In this document: piece after piece, positions 51,168 through 64,000 of the stretch | Layout: each line of letters begins with the position of its first letter | How positions within the stretch are numbered: position 1 is the stretch's first letter | NCBI RefSeq assembly: GCF_009834535.1 | Contig: NC_045697.1 | Span: 79,672,001-79,736,000 of the forward strand | Direction of reading: 5' to 3' | Origin: Camelus ferus | Lineage: Eukaryota | DNA: 64,000 nucleotides | The notes under the pieces: model-generated | Told to the model about the DNA's origin: nothing | Database searches by the model: none | Seen by the model: only the letters and a program-made list of their open reading frames with translations | Program-made: the position numbers and the translations under genes

Positions 51168-51208
51168 ACTTGTTTCTGCAATCCACAAATTCTCTATGCC
51201 TTCCTTTT
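51168..51208 (+). CDS. Possible 41-nt small exon
   Basis: Branch-like ctgac ~25 nt upstream, pyrimidine tract, cag acceptor and gtaagt donor. In frame and stop-free if spliced to 45130-45268. Confidence 0.25.
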
Positions 51209-52465
51209 GTAAGTGTACTGGTGTGAAGCTCAGTGAGGAAGCAGTTCAGGAATGAAAAGTGTTTTTTTATAAATAGCCCTGGAATTTACTAGCCGCGTAA
51301 TTCTGAGCTGGCTGCTTTTCTGAGAGACACCTTCTTCATCTGCAATATGGGAATAATCACAGAGGCCTCTGCAGGTTATTTATATACAACAGTGTGTGAG
51401 AAATCCCTTAATAAATTTTACAATGGAACTTAAAGTGATATTAGAAATGTAAGGTGATATTAATGCTGATATTTGCTTTTTTTTCTCTAAAGACCTCCAT
51501 TCCAAACTGGAGAGACTTGTAATTTTCTTTTCTTTTTTTCCTTTAAGAGAGCTTCAGAATCATCAACTTAGAGTTGACTACTTGTTTGTGCTCATACTAT
51601 ATTCTGAGTCCACCTCTTTTATTAAGTCTACCTCTTTGAATCTCTACCCACAACATGGTGTTGCATTTAAGTGCATGTTTATGTCTCTCATGGGCTCAGT
51701 TCCTTGAGAGCAGGGAGCAAGGGTCTTAGTCATCTTTGTATCCCTCACATCTAGTACTGGGGTTTGTCAATGTAAGCTTTTGCAAGTCCGTGTTGAGTTA
51801 GATTTAATTTGGAAGACTAGAAAGAAGGAATTTGTGTTCTATCCTTTCACTTGGTTTTCTTTTCTTAAAAAAAAAAGAAAAGGTTTACCCTTCTAAAAGA
51901 ATAGTTTATACTGGGTCAAATTTATTTTAAAAATTAGATTTTTATGAAAGTGGGGGCAAATAGTAGGAATTAGACTGTATTCATAAGCCTTTCTTTCATC
52001 TTTATTGTAATCTTTAAAGAAATAAGTTGATGATGTCAAATTGATTGTTCAATAAGGGTAACATTACTTTTAAGTTATTTGTTAGGAATAATTACCTTTC
52101 TCCCTTAAAGAATATTGTTGAAATAAATAATAGCCAAGTACACTCTTCTTTTTCAACAAGTACAAACTTGTTAGGAAGTATTTTGTGGAATTCAATTTCA
52201 AGAATAGTTTTATATTGATTTTAAAATATAAAGAAATTTGAAAAGTGAGTTTGAAACATTGATTGTGATGTCTTTTCTGAATTTCATTTAAATGTGATTA
52301 TTTTTCTAATATCTTTAAGCACTTAATAAACATAAATTCACTGATTTTTTTCCCTAAGATTCTCATGAGAAAGTAATTATTAGTCTTTTTTTTAAAGTTT
52401 GTTTTCTGTTACTTTCATTTAAAAATTCCTTTTATTCTGAGTTTTTAATGTAATTTTGTTCCACT

Positions 52466-52923
52466 TTTTAAAAATTGTGGTGAGATATACATAACATAAA
52501 AGTTACCATTTTAAGCATTTTTAAATGTACAGTTCACAGGCATTAAGTACATTCACATTGCTATGCGAACATCACCACTATTGCTCTCTAGAATTTTTGC
52601 ATCTTCCCAAACTGAAACTCCATATCCATTAAACAATAACTCCTCTTTCCTCCCTTTTCTCAGCCTCCAGCAACCACTTTGTATCTCTATGAATTTGATT
52701 CATAGAGGTACTTCTCTAGGTACTTCATGTAAGTGGGGTCATAAGATAGTTGTCATTTTGTGACTGGCATATTTCACTTATCATAGTGTCTTCAAGGTTT
52801 ATCCATGTTGTGGTGTGTGTCAGAATTTCCTTCCTTTTTAAGTCTGAATGATATCCCATTGTATGTATATACCACATTTTGTTGACCCATTTACGCATTA
52901 ATGGAAATTTGGGTTGTTTCCAT
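52466..52923 (-). mobile_element. L1MB-like 3' fragment
   Basis: aattgtggtgagatatacataacataaaagttaccattttaagcatttttaaatgtacagttca...cagaatttccttcctttttaag. Confidence 0.85.
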
Positions 52924-53719
52924 TAATTTTAAAACATTTCCCAGTAATTTAATACTTCTGGGGCTGTTTTAGCAATTTGAAAATGCTTCAACAAGTATAA
53001 AGTTTACCTAATCCTTTGACCTTTTATACAAATGAGACGATAGAATGCGGTTAGGCTCCATATGGGCTCAAATTGAGACTCTGCTGATCATTAGCCATGG
53101 GACCTTAAGTTACTTAGCCTCTCAGGGACCAGACGTCCACATTTTTACAATGGAAATAATAATAGTGCAACACTTGATTGCTATGAATGGTAAATGAAGA
53201 AATGACACTTTGTTCTGCCTATGAGAAGAGTATTGCAAACTAGCCCCACCACTTCAATTAATTAAAACATGTATGTGCTGAGTGGTCTAATCAGTATCAT
53301 GTTAAGTGATCTAGTGTATGCTAACAGGTAGCGCTGTCCTTCCTCTTTGCGATGCTTAGGGTTGTGTGAAAGCCATGGTAGGAATTACTGAGCACAATAA
53401 AGCAGAATTTATGTTATTAAAGATAAATATAAAGGGACTTTTTTTAATTGTGAGATTTTTTAATTGAAAGAGTTATTTCAGAATAGAAGAAATTGGGAAA
53501 TTTTTCACTGATTATGTGCCAGAAATGTATGTGTGTATGTATTTCACTTAATCTTTATGAAAATCTATGTTGTAAGATTTTTAACCCCATTTTTACACAT
53601 GAGGACACTAAGGATTAGAGAAAGCATATAGTTAATAAGAGTCAGAGTTGAGTGTGAGTCAAGATCTGCCTGCTTTTACCAAGCTCGTACATACCTGGGC
53701 TCACCATTTTACTACAGTA

Positions 53720-54400
53720 TGCCTCAGCCTGAAAGTGTAAATATTTGAGATGGATCTGGAAGAAGATATGGGAGAAGAGTGTGGAGGAAGGACATTTCAG
53801 ATAAAAATGGGAGGGATGTACTCAAGTATGGTACATACTTAAGACTTCACTGGGATGTGCGTAAGGGAAGAATGAGCACTAAGGCAGGAAAAGCAACTTG
53901 GATATGAAATTGTGGAGTACATATCTTAGGCAGAATGTCAGTTTGCATTTGACTTGGTAGGCAATGGCAAGATATCGAAGATTTATGTACAGAAATGTCA
54001 GAGATGCCTTCGTGAAAACTAATCAGTAGAAATGTAGAGAATGGAGAAGGGGAAGTGGGAGGCAGATTGAGAACAGTGAAGAGGAATATCAGAAGAGTTT
54101 ATATGGAAAGAGCTGGATTAAAGTGATAGCGTGGAATGAAAAAGAAGGGATAAATTCAAAAGACATTGCAGAAGTGAAATCCAAAGGATTCAATACCTTA
54201 TTGGATGAGAAATAGAGGAGAGAATGACCAACTAAACTTTTGGGTCAAAAGGACTAATAGAACAATAGTTCTATTAACGGGAATGATAAAATCAGAAAGA
54301 GGAAGCAGCTGGGGAGAAGGTAGCAAATTCTGCTTTTGATCGTTTGCGTTTAAGAGTCCAGCAGTTAATCCTTTTGCTAACAGACCTAAGGAAGAAATAC
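53720..54400 (-). mobile_element. L2 internal fragment
   Basis: Purine-rich degenerate L2-like motifs (atttgagatggatctggaagaaga, gtaggcaatggcaagata). Boundaries approximate. Confidence 0.55.
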
Positions 54401-55367
54401 TGAGAGAATAATGACTTTAGTGGAAAACAAAATAGGTACTGCAAAATTGAAGGGCAAAAGAGAGTTTGGACTAGAGGTAGGAATTTGGGATCGTGAAGTA
54501 CTGCCTCTTTCTTAAAAGCAAATCTTCAAATTCCAAGGTTGGGAGAAGATCGGATTGTGTGATTCTTACTTTATTAATTTCACAATCATAAGAAGCATCT
54601 TCCTGGAAGGGAGGTTATGAAAGGGTTTCTCTGCCTTTTAACAATTGTCTCTGCTGGTATGATGTCTGTAAAAGCAGTGGGACTTTCACTTTGACTCCAG
54701 AGAACAGCTGGGATAAGGTTTAAAAATCCAAACAAAGCTGTGCCGAACTCAGCTCTTTTCAACGTGTTCTGTGAAAGAAAGGTTGTTGGTCTGTGGGGAA
54801 AGAAAAAGGTCTATGGTTAAAAGAGCTTGGAAATGCTGGAATTAAACAAAGATATCATTTTCTGAAAATTACAAAATCTTGTTTTATTCTACTTCTTTTT
54901 TTTTTACAGTGAATATTAGTAGTATTCACTGTCAATTACTGAGAGGACGCTATAGAATGCTGAACATTTAAGAGACTTTGAAATGGAAAATACTTTTTAA
55001 AAAACACGAAGCATGACATAGACAATTTGGCTTACAAAATATTTTCAGCTTCTTTTTAGCTGGGGCCTGCTATAGGCACTTTTATTCCTCCATGGTCCCC
55101 AGACTTCCTCCATGCAATGTCCATTCCCAAACCCATCATCCAGGAACCCAATTCTAGTATATTTATCATCAGGGTATCATTAGGATCTCAATCCTCATAT
55201 TTTCTTCTTTAGATTTTTTACCAAGATAGACAGGCCAGTCCATGTCTCCTGCCTGGCTGGGGCTCATTTTGATTTTTGTGTGTGGTCTACTTCTCTCTTG
55301 GGTCTTTGACACGAAGATGAGTCTCACTTAGACAATATTCTTCCCCATGATAACAGTAAAATTTTGC

Positions 55368-55878
55368 CATGCAGAAACTTTTAAGTTTAATTAGGTCCTA
55401 TTTGTTTATTTTTGCTTTTATTTCCTTTGCTTTAGGAGACAGATCCAAAAAATGTTGCTACTATTTATGTCAAAGAGTGTACCACCTATGTTTTCTTCAA
55501 GAGTTTTATGGTTTCTGGTCTTACATTTAGGTCTTTATTACATTTTGAGTTTATTTTTGTATATGGTGTGAGAAAACATTCTAATTTCATTCTTTTACTT
55601 GTAGCTTTCCAGTTTTCCCAGCACCACTTATTGAAGAGATTGTCTTTTCTCCATGGTATATTTTTACCTCCTTTGTCATAGGTTAATTGACCATAGGTGT
55701 GTGGGTTTACTTCTGGGCTCTCTATACTGTTCCATTGATCCATATGTCTGTTTTTGTAGCATGTTGTGTTGATTATTGTAACTTTGTAATATAGTTTGAA
55801 GTTAGGGACCATGAATCCTTCAACTCTTTTCTTCTTTCTTTAAATTGTTTTGGCCATTTGAGGTCTTTTTGAAACACA
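55368..55878 (-). mobile_element. Internal L1 ORF2 fragment lacking both ends
   Basis: ORF 55486-55812(-) [66 protein letters not shown] is L1 ORF2. Confidence 0.93.
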
Positions 55879-56321
55879 TGTGTATTTGTAAGGAGGGATG
55901 TTGAAGGGAAAAACTGGAAACAGTCATTTTTTTTTATTGAGGTTGGCATCTTCAGAGAGGACATTTCTGAAGCCATAGTAAAGGATGAGGTCATTGAGGA
56001 AAAGATTATAGAGAAGAAAATTTATCAAAGGGAAAAACTTCAAGAAATGTCTATTTTAAAGGGAAAGATAGAGGAAGAAGAGCATGCAGGAGATATGGTC
56101 ATTGAGAGATAGAAGAAGAAATATAAAATTGATGGGAAAACGTTTGTAGTTAGAGGTAAGTGATCTCCAGCATTGAATTTTGAAATATGGTCATTATCTT
56201 TGACAGACACTGAAAGGTCATATTACTATCCTATATAGAACTATCAATATAAAATGATCAGAAAGGCAGAATAATCTTATTTGTATGAATAACATGAATT
56301 TGGCAAATTCTGAAAATCTAC

Positions 56322-56433
56322 CAGGTCACATAAATAGAGAATTATTCTCCACAAATGAAACTTACTGATTTTAAAAAGCAAATAATTATTACCATATACT
56401 TGTAAAATAAAATGGAGTTGATACAAGAAATTT
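56322..56433 (+). repeat. 112-bp direct repeat, copy 1
   Basis: Matches 57797-57908 at 109 of 112 positions. Confidence 0.95.
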
Positions 56434-57796
56434 TAAAACATTTTGTTTGAAAAAAATGTTTTTTGATAAAACATCTTCGGTAAAGGAGGAATTTCTAGTG
56501 CCTCTGTCCTAGGGGAAAAGTTGAAGATAACATGGGTGCCAGACCTAAAAAGGGCCTTTGAGGGTTCATAGAAGACAGAGGGCACTGTGGATGTGACCTG
56601 TGACTCACCCATGACCAAAGAATTCCTTTTGGAAGCTGTGTCCTGCAATAGGGGAAAAATGATGGAAAAGCTGGCCATATTTGAAACTACACCACCAAGA
56701 ATGCACTGTTTACGCCTTTTGGTTAAACAGTTCTAGAAAGTTCCATCAGTTAGTGTACATTTTGTGGCTCTTCCTGGTAGCTGAAGGAAAAAAGCAGAGA
56801 TGAAAAAGCTGTTTTGCAGTCTGTGCAGTGGAATTCATTCTTTCAATCTTTGTTATTGATTGCAGAACTGATTTATCCTGTATTTGAAGAATGTTAACAA
56901 TACACACCATGGCAACCAGTGCACCAGACCCACACAGCGTTTCAGCCACCCCAACAAGACTAATAATAGTCATCATTTTCATTTCTCTCATTAACTTTAA
57001 GCAGTATTTTTAGCCATCTTTCAAGTCAAAATTCTCTTTATTATCTTGAAGAAAAACTGTCATGCTGAATTTTAAAAGAATATGCATTTCTAAATATAAT
57101 GGGTTAATTTCTTCACATCATTGTCTATTTTATTTTATTCAACATATTAGATTCTTTCTTATTTCTGATACATATGTACATATTGTAAAATAATTGTTCA
57201 GATGGTGACAAAATGATTGTTTTCTTAGCATTTGCATGCATTAAGTCTCTATTTATCTGAAGTGCACAGACTTGTAACATCATTGTGCAAAATGTGGGCT
57301 AAAAAAATTGAACTCCCTTTATAAATTTATCTCCTGCTCTTTCTTTTCCTCTTTCTCTATATTTTAATGGATAAAATGGAAGAGATGGAACTGAGTTCTA
57401 GGCGAGTGAACAACTGTCTTTCCCTTTCTCCCCTTTCATTGTCCTTACACGATTCAGTAGACACTTTGGGAATTTTCAGAACCTCAGGGTCATTATTCAA
57501 CAACCCAAATATTTTTCTGTAGATATACGGAAGTTAATAAAAACAGCATATGCTTAAAAGAATGTGTCTATATTTTTAGTATTCTCGAAAAAAATAGTGA
57601 TGATAATTTGATGTCCTACTGCCTAAAGGCAGTTTTAAAAGTTCTAGACAGTTCTTTGCCTGGGCAGAGGCTCATTCAATATGGAATCATAACCAAAGTT
57701 CTCCTGCAATGTGTTCAACTGTGTAAAGTTGAAAATAGCATCTTGATTTTTCTGATGTGTGGGGAGAGGATCAAGATGAGTGTGAAGTGATGGGGT

Positions 57797-57908
57797 CAGG
57801 TCACATAAATAGAGAATTATTCTCCACAAATGAAACTTACTGATTTTAAAAAGCAAATAATTATTACCATGTTCTTGTAAAGTAAAATGGAGTTGATACA
57901 AGAAATTT
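57797..57908 (+). repeat. 112-bp direct repeat, copy 2
   Basis: Matches 56322-56433 at 109 of 112 positions. Confidence 0.95.
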
Positions 57909-58035
57909 ATATACAAGAACTATAATTCAGAGCCCAGGTCTTTATTTCTAGGCCTCTGGCTTCCTATGTAGAAAATAAAAATGACTGATGTGTAGAGCCC
58001 CAGAAATTCATCAAATTCCAGTGAGTCACTGACTA

Positions 58036-58468
58036 ATTTTTTTTTTTAAATTTCAGCTTTATTGAGGTATAACTCAAATAGTGACTTGCACATGTATACA
58101 TTGTGAAAGGATTTCTCCTCCCCATCTAGTTAATTAACATATCCATCACCTCCCATTTTTATCCTTAATTTTGTTTTTGTTTTTGTTTTGGTGAGAACAT
58201 TTAAGTTCTACCCTCTTAGCAAATTTCAATTATACAATACAGTGTTGCATTAGTTCCTCAGACCGTATTCATTTTATAGATGAAACAACCTCTCCATATT
58301 TTCCCTAACCCCCTAGCCCCTGGAAATCAGTTTTCTACTCTTTGTTCCTATGAGTTTGACTCTTTTCAGCTTCCACATGTAACTGACACCATGCAGTGTT
58401 TGTCTTTCTCAATCTGGCTTATTTCACTTAGCATAATGCCCTCAAGGTCCATCCATGTGGTCGGAAAT
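58036..58468 (-). mobile_element. L1 3'UTR fragment with TSD
   Basis: Poly(T), cagctttattgaggtataa and ctggcttatttcacttagcataatgccctcaaggtccatccatg. TSD gtcRctgacta at 58025-58035 and 58469-58479. Confidence 0.88.
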
Positions 58469-59180
58469 GTCGCTGACTATTATCAAAGTTTATCCTAGCA
58501 GTCAGGAGTGAGGTCATGCACCTTAACCTGGGGAGAATATTCAGACCGTCTTTGGATTTGAGCTGCTCAATTATGTTACTATTGGAGCCACATGTAGTCC
58601 CTGATAAACTAAGTTCAGTGAACTAACTCTTTTTCTGTAGCTTGATTTCCCCTTCACCATGTTCAACATTTTAATATGAAAAAGTTCGTATATACAGAAT
58701 AATTGTACTGTAAGCATTCATAGATCCACCATCTAGATTCAGCAATTAAACTTCTGTGTAACTGGTATTTAAAATATTGGTGATGTCATTTGAAACTGGA
58801 CTGTATTCCTATATCTGCTGTTATTAAGATAGAAAATTTCAATTTCTAATTTGTCTACTAAATCATCTGAAGGCCTCCCTCAAAATATCCACTTTTGAAA
58901 TACTGCTTTATGCCTCAGACACTCCAATTGAGATATATTTCCAGCTATTAATCACTTGAGTGTGTCTGCAAACTTGTCATGTTTCATTCTCACAGGTTTT
59001 GAGACTACCCCACAACACCCACCTGTGCCAATAGACTAAGAATGCTAACACAAGTCTGTTTTCTTCCCCACTTCTCTCCAGCCATTTTTCTAAGGGTGAA
59101 AAATAGGCAGTGAGAGCAAAATGTCTTCTAGGGAAGGCTCTCTCATAGTGGTGTGCTGTCCTTCAGCAGGTGTGTTGTGG

Positions 59181-59425
59181 TTTTTTTGATTGAAGTACCA
59201 TCAGTTACAATGTGTCAATTTCTGGTGTGCAGCACAATGTCCCAGTCATTCGTATACATACATATATTCATTTTCATATTCTTTTTCATTAAAGGTTATT
59301 ACAAGATACTGAACATAGTTCCCTGTGCAGAAACTTTTTAAAATCTATTTTTCTATATAGTGGCTAACATTTGTAAATCTCAAAACCCCAGTTTATCCCT
59401 TCCTACCTCCTTTCCATGGTAGCTA
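59181..59425 (-). mobile_element. Short L1 3'UTR fragment (same type as 97-822)
   Basis: cagttacaatgtgtcaatttctggtg...catatattcattttcatattctttttcattaaaggttat. Confidence 0.88.
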
Positions 59426-62400
59426 TGGTTTTGACAGAAAAAGACCTCCTTCCAAGCTTTTACTGAGCATAGCCTTTGTTCTCCATATTTGTAAAGTGGT
59501 TCTCACCTGGAGATTTGTGAGGACATTTGCTGTTCCACAGGGATTTGCTTGGGTTAACGTTAGATCCTTTGATGCTGCTAGTTTCAGAGGACATCCGTGT
59601 ACTGCTAAAGTATTATAACAGTCTACTTGTAGTCTCATTACTCGAGTTATCTGGTAGACATTCTGATTAGGCTCCACAGTTCCCCTTGGGAGGCAGGATT
59701 TAGAACTGAAGATTCAGAAACCCTGGGCTCTGATTAAAGAAATATACTCTGGTCTAAGTTAACAGAATCAAGGTTAAGATCCCAGTAAGTTCAGTTTAGC
59801 TCTCTAGTTTCTGTTTGTAATTGAGTTGTGCTATACATTTAGAGAAATGTATAGCTCCTATATATAAATAGCTAACTTTTTCTAGCTGAGTAAGTCATGT
59901 CTGTATATACCATTCAAATGCATCTTAATATTTAAAACATAGTAGAAACTTCATTTATAAAAAGTATAAGCTTACAGCATTTGAAGTGCTTACAATGCTA
60001 GTTTTATATGAAGGCCTGTGTTTTGTTAACCTACATGAGTATAAAACCAGCAAACTGTAAAAAACCCAGAAAGGTAGCCAGCAGAAGGTTTTCTCATAAG
60101 TTATTCCAGCCAGGGAACTGCTGAGAGTGGGAGACGAAACATGTGCATAGAAGAAATGGCTTTTGACTCTGGGGAAGAATCTTCCTAGCAACATTTGGTT
60201 TGGAAAATCTTCAGCACATCTAAGATGCCCTATATATTGTGTGACTGCAACAGATATCTTTGTAGGTGACATTTTTACAGAAGGCAGTAACAGAGTGTTT
60301 GCTTTTAAGGCATTTCACTGTTAAGCATTCCAGTATCTTGGATTTGTGAAGTATCAAATAGGAAAAAATTGCTGGAGTAATAGTATTACTGGTGATAAAG
60401 TAGGCATAACTGTTTAGAGTAAACACGGAGTGCTTGCAGGCAATAGGACTGTGCCATGTTCCACTTTCCTGCTCAAATTTCACTTAACTTGCATTTTGGC
60501 ACATTAGATAGACATCAGCACACACTGCAGATATCTAATTCAGTTTTTCACATATCAGCTACCTAATGATTTCAAGATATTGCATGGGTCTGCAGTCCCA
60601 TCTTCCCATCTTGTTTATGCTTAATTGGCATTACAGGGCAGATATCCACTTTTCTGGCTCAAACTCTCTCTCCCCCAGTGCTGTGGGCAGTGCTGGGCTG
60701 TAAGAATGTAGCAGTGCCCTCTCTGCTCACCTCTCCTGGTTGGTAGGACAGGAGGTAAGTATACTCAGGTATAGAGCTCATTATAGTTTCACAAAATAAA
60801 TCTCAGATTATCCTTTGCATCAGGTACTAACCAGGTACAGATTGAATGGCTTTCTGACCTGCCTTTGTTAGAAGGTGGCGTCTCTTGGGGCAAGGAATGC
60901 CTGATTAAATATGGCAGGACATGGACATAATCAACTGGCTCCTAGGTCAGTAATTACCAGATAACTGTGAAAATTGTTACCCACCAACAGGATTACTTGG
61001 CCCTGGAAAAGGCAGTACCAGAAAGAAATTTGACTCAGGAATTATTATTTTTCATGTTTGATTTCTGAGTGAACAACTCTAACATGCAGGTCTGATGTCT
61101 AACTTTCAGACACTAAACTTTGTAACATTTTTTTCCAGGGATACCTTCTGGTCAAAAATAGAGAATTTCCTACATATCATTTCAGATTCCAGGAAGTGAC
61201 AGCATTTATGTGCAACAGCATAGAATATAGAAGCAGGGGAGGTGACTCAGACACCAGAGTCATTAGCATGACAAAGGAGGAATGGAGTCCAAATTAGGAT
61301 ATAGTTCATGCTCTAGCCTTTCCTCAGTGCCCAAGTGAAAAGAAATCAGTGGTTTCTACTGCAGGGTAATAACAGCTATACATATGTGGCTGCTATGTGC
61401 AAAAAAGAAATCTTATAGAAGTTGTTAAGGAAGCATACTTGAAGCAGGTTAATTTGTTTCATTAGATATTTATTGAGCATTTACTATTCCAGCAACTGGG
61501 ATGCAACATTAAACAAAACAGAGAAAACCCTTTGTTCTCTTCCCATTGTTGTGGGAATCGAAGTCTTTAACAGATCTTTGTACCTGTTATTCTGGTGACC
61601 CTGTAGGGATTATTGCTTACAGGGTGATGGCTGAAGTACCTTGAGTGGGTGATCCACTTCTTACGTACGTGATTCATGTTTTACTTCAGGCCCTACTCAG
61701 GTAGGTTCTGAGATGTAGAAGCAAGGGTCTAGGAAATCAGTGGAAAGAAGGACTGAGCTGAGAAAGAATCCAGCAAATACTCTCAACGAGGGAGGAAACA
61801 ATTTGCTACAGACCAATCAAATATAGTCACCCCCAGCCCCCAGATTTAGGAATGAAAATGGTGATACAATGACTGATTAAACTTGGGATGTATTTTAGCT
61901 TTTGTTGTTGTTGTTGTTAAATAATAACAAATAAAATACACACAATGCCTCATATCTACAATCTTTTTTCACCTAACTTACATTTCTGGAACCTAACAGA
62001 AACCTTGTTAGGGAAAATGGGAAAGGTAATATTAGCCCTGATGTGTGCATGAGGACAGGTAGATGAGCTAGTAGAAGGAAGTTAGAGCCTTTATTTTACT
62101 CATAGCTCTTGACCAGAGGCCAACACATAAGCTTTTGCAGGGTAACCCAAATGGTAAAAAAATTCTGATGTGAGAGAAAAAGAGCTTAGTCTTAAAACAG
62201 TCAGATGGGAGGAGACAGATTTTCTAGGTGAGCCAGGTCCCATAGGAATGATTCTGCTCAACTCTGTGTGGACAAATGCTACTTTAATTTATGTGTAGCT
62301 ATATCTCCAAGTTGTATTTTTCTTAAAGCAGATAAAAACCAACACCACGACTAGAGGTAACCCTAGAGATCTAGTTACCATATTTTAATAAGAAAAGTGA

Positions 62401-63648
62401 GACACAAAGAGGTTATCAGTTCCCCAAGTTAAAAATTCTTACTTAATAGTATAATAGAAACTCAAAAATAATTTTAATAGGATGTTATATTATAATACTG
62501 ATGAAAATGAAGACTGTAGACACAAACATATGATAAAACATGTGGTCTTACTGATTCATTGATTCCTCTTAGCAATAATGTTTATGTACCAAATTTCCTT
62601 CTATTTGTGATGATGTTTTATATTTATTGTAGCTAATTGATTCTGGGGATAAAAATAAGCCCTGGTGTGTCTGAAAGGCTCGGCAGCATTGTACTGTACA
62701 TGCTTATTATAATTTCATAAAATAAGTCTCAGATTATCAGATGTTAAAAAACAACACAGTGGGGCAAATTTTAAATGAGTAGTTTGGAAACATCCTGCAG
62801 CCTTGTGGTGTAGTCTTGTCAACTCCCCCAGATGATGGAAATTCATCAGAGATCTTGGAAAAACTGTAGCTTAAAAGGGAATGGTGGGATGTCAGAGATC
62901 TTGATGGTTTAATGGTAGTATGTGATAAGTCAATAGTCCACCAAGTTTTGTACTTTGGGATTAATACATGCTTTTAAACCAATGGATCATAAGGAGACGT
63001 GCACACACATAGATTTTTTTTGACTGGATAGTTTATGACTGTATCATTCCAAGGTGAAATTCAAAATTAACATTAAATTCCATAGCTCAATAGATATTAT
63101 TGTAATTACATTATCTTATCAAACTGAATTCATAATTTTCTAAAATAATGTACGTATTGAGCTGAAGCAATAGGTTTGAAGCCATAAGAAGGCTGCCATG
63201 ATCAGAATCTCTAGTGTATGAGTCCCTACTCCCAGATGTTAGATGACACCTCACTCTGAGTATTGTTCTTTAAGCCCAGATACTTCTTTGTTCTCTAAAG
63301 TCCAGCATGGTTGTTAAAGGGTTTTTTTTTTTTTTAATCTTGGTGTTTTTTGTTTGTTTTTTGTCTTGGTGTATCTTAGAGTTACATATCTATGTTTGGG
63401 TCTGTTCCAGAGAAAGGCAGTCCAGTATATCATCTCCAGCACACTCATATAAATCAACATTTCAATTTTGGAATGATAGGCACTTCAAAAAAGAAGATGG
63501 CATTTTGGGGGGCAAAATAGACAAAGAAAGGAATGACCCACTACTTGTTTGATAAATTGTCTATCCTTATCCCAGGAGAGAATACATTTAGAGCACCAGC
63601 ATTCCCTCTCCCCTCTGTCTCACCACACCCCTGGATGTGCATGGCTCG

Positions 63649-63846
63649 TGTGGTGGTCATTTTGATGTGTCCACTTGGCTAGGCTAGAGCCCCAGTTATT
63701 CCATCAAACTGTAGGTGTTGCTCTAAGGATATTTGGTAGATGTGGTTAAAGCCCATTATCTGACTTTTAAATGAGGGAGAGTATCCTAGATAATCTGGGT
63801 GGGCCTGATTCAATCAGCTGAAAGGCTTTAAAAACAGAACTGAGGG
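63649..63846 (+). mobile_element. MLT2-like (ERVL) LTR 5' part
   Basis: tgtggtggtcattttgatgtgtccacttggctaggcta...ataatctgggtgggcctgattcaatcagctgaaaggc. Confidence 0.8.
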
Positions 63847-64000
63847 CTTTTGTTAGTTTTTGTTCTGTTTTGTTTATTTTTTATTGAAGTATAGTTGATT
63901 TACAATGTTTCAGTTGTACAGCAATGTGATTCATTTATACATATACATATATATATATTTTTCAGATCCTTTTCCATTATAGGTTATTATAAGATATTGA
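63847..64000 (-). mobile_element. L1 3' end inserted into the MLT2 LTR, running off the window
   Basis: T-rich tail, then tattgaagtatagttgatttacaatgttt...ataggttattataagatattga. Confidence 0.88.

Noticed and set aside
61139..61241. Open frame after a strong ttttttccag acceptor
   Set aside because: The donor gtgact is weak and there is no other support.

Overview
AT-rich, CpG-depleted mammalian genomic DNA, most likely camelid. The tRNA-derived SINEs match my recollection of the camelid Vic-1 type. The window reads as long intronic sequence of a large gene, probably on the + strand, which I could not name. It holds one convincing candidate coding exon (45130-45268) and a full-length RPL29 processed pseudogene (6813-7479, - strand). 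The rest is rich in transposon relics: L1, L2, L3/CR1, MIR, SINEs, solo LTRs of ERV1, MER21, MLT1 and MLT2 type, and hAT MER5/MER63 elements. Almost all ORF-track entries are spurious or TE-derived. There are no prokaryotic-type systems, CRISPR arrays, rRNA or true tRNA genes, and I found no clear new biological system. The best leads are: a CpG-rich promoter-like island near 28-29 kb bracketed by two identical CTCF-like motifs; an RFX/MYB/forkhead motif cluster just after the exon; an inverted pair of same-family solo LTRs; a 112-bp local duplication with junction microhomology; and a three-arm hairpin. TE family names are recognised by eye, and boundaries without a TSD or TIR are approximate.
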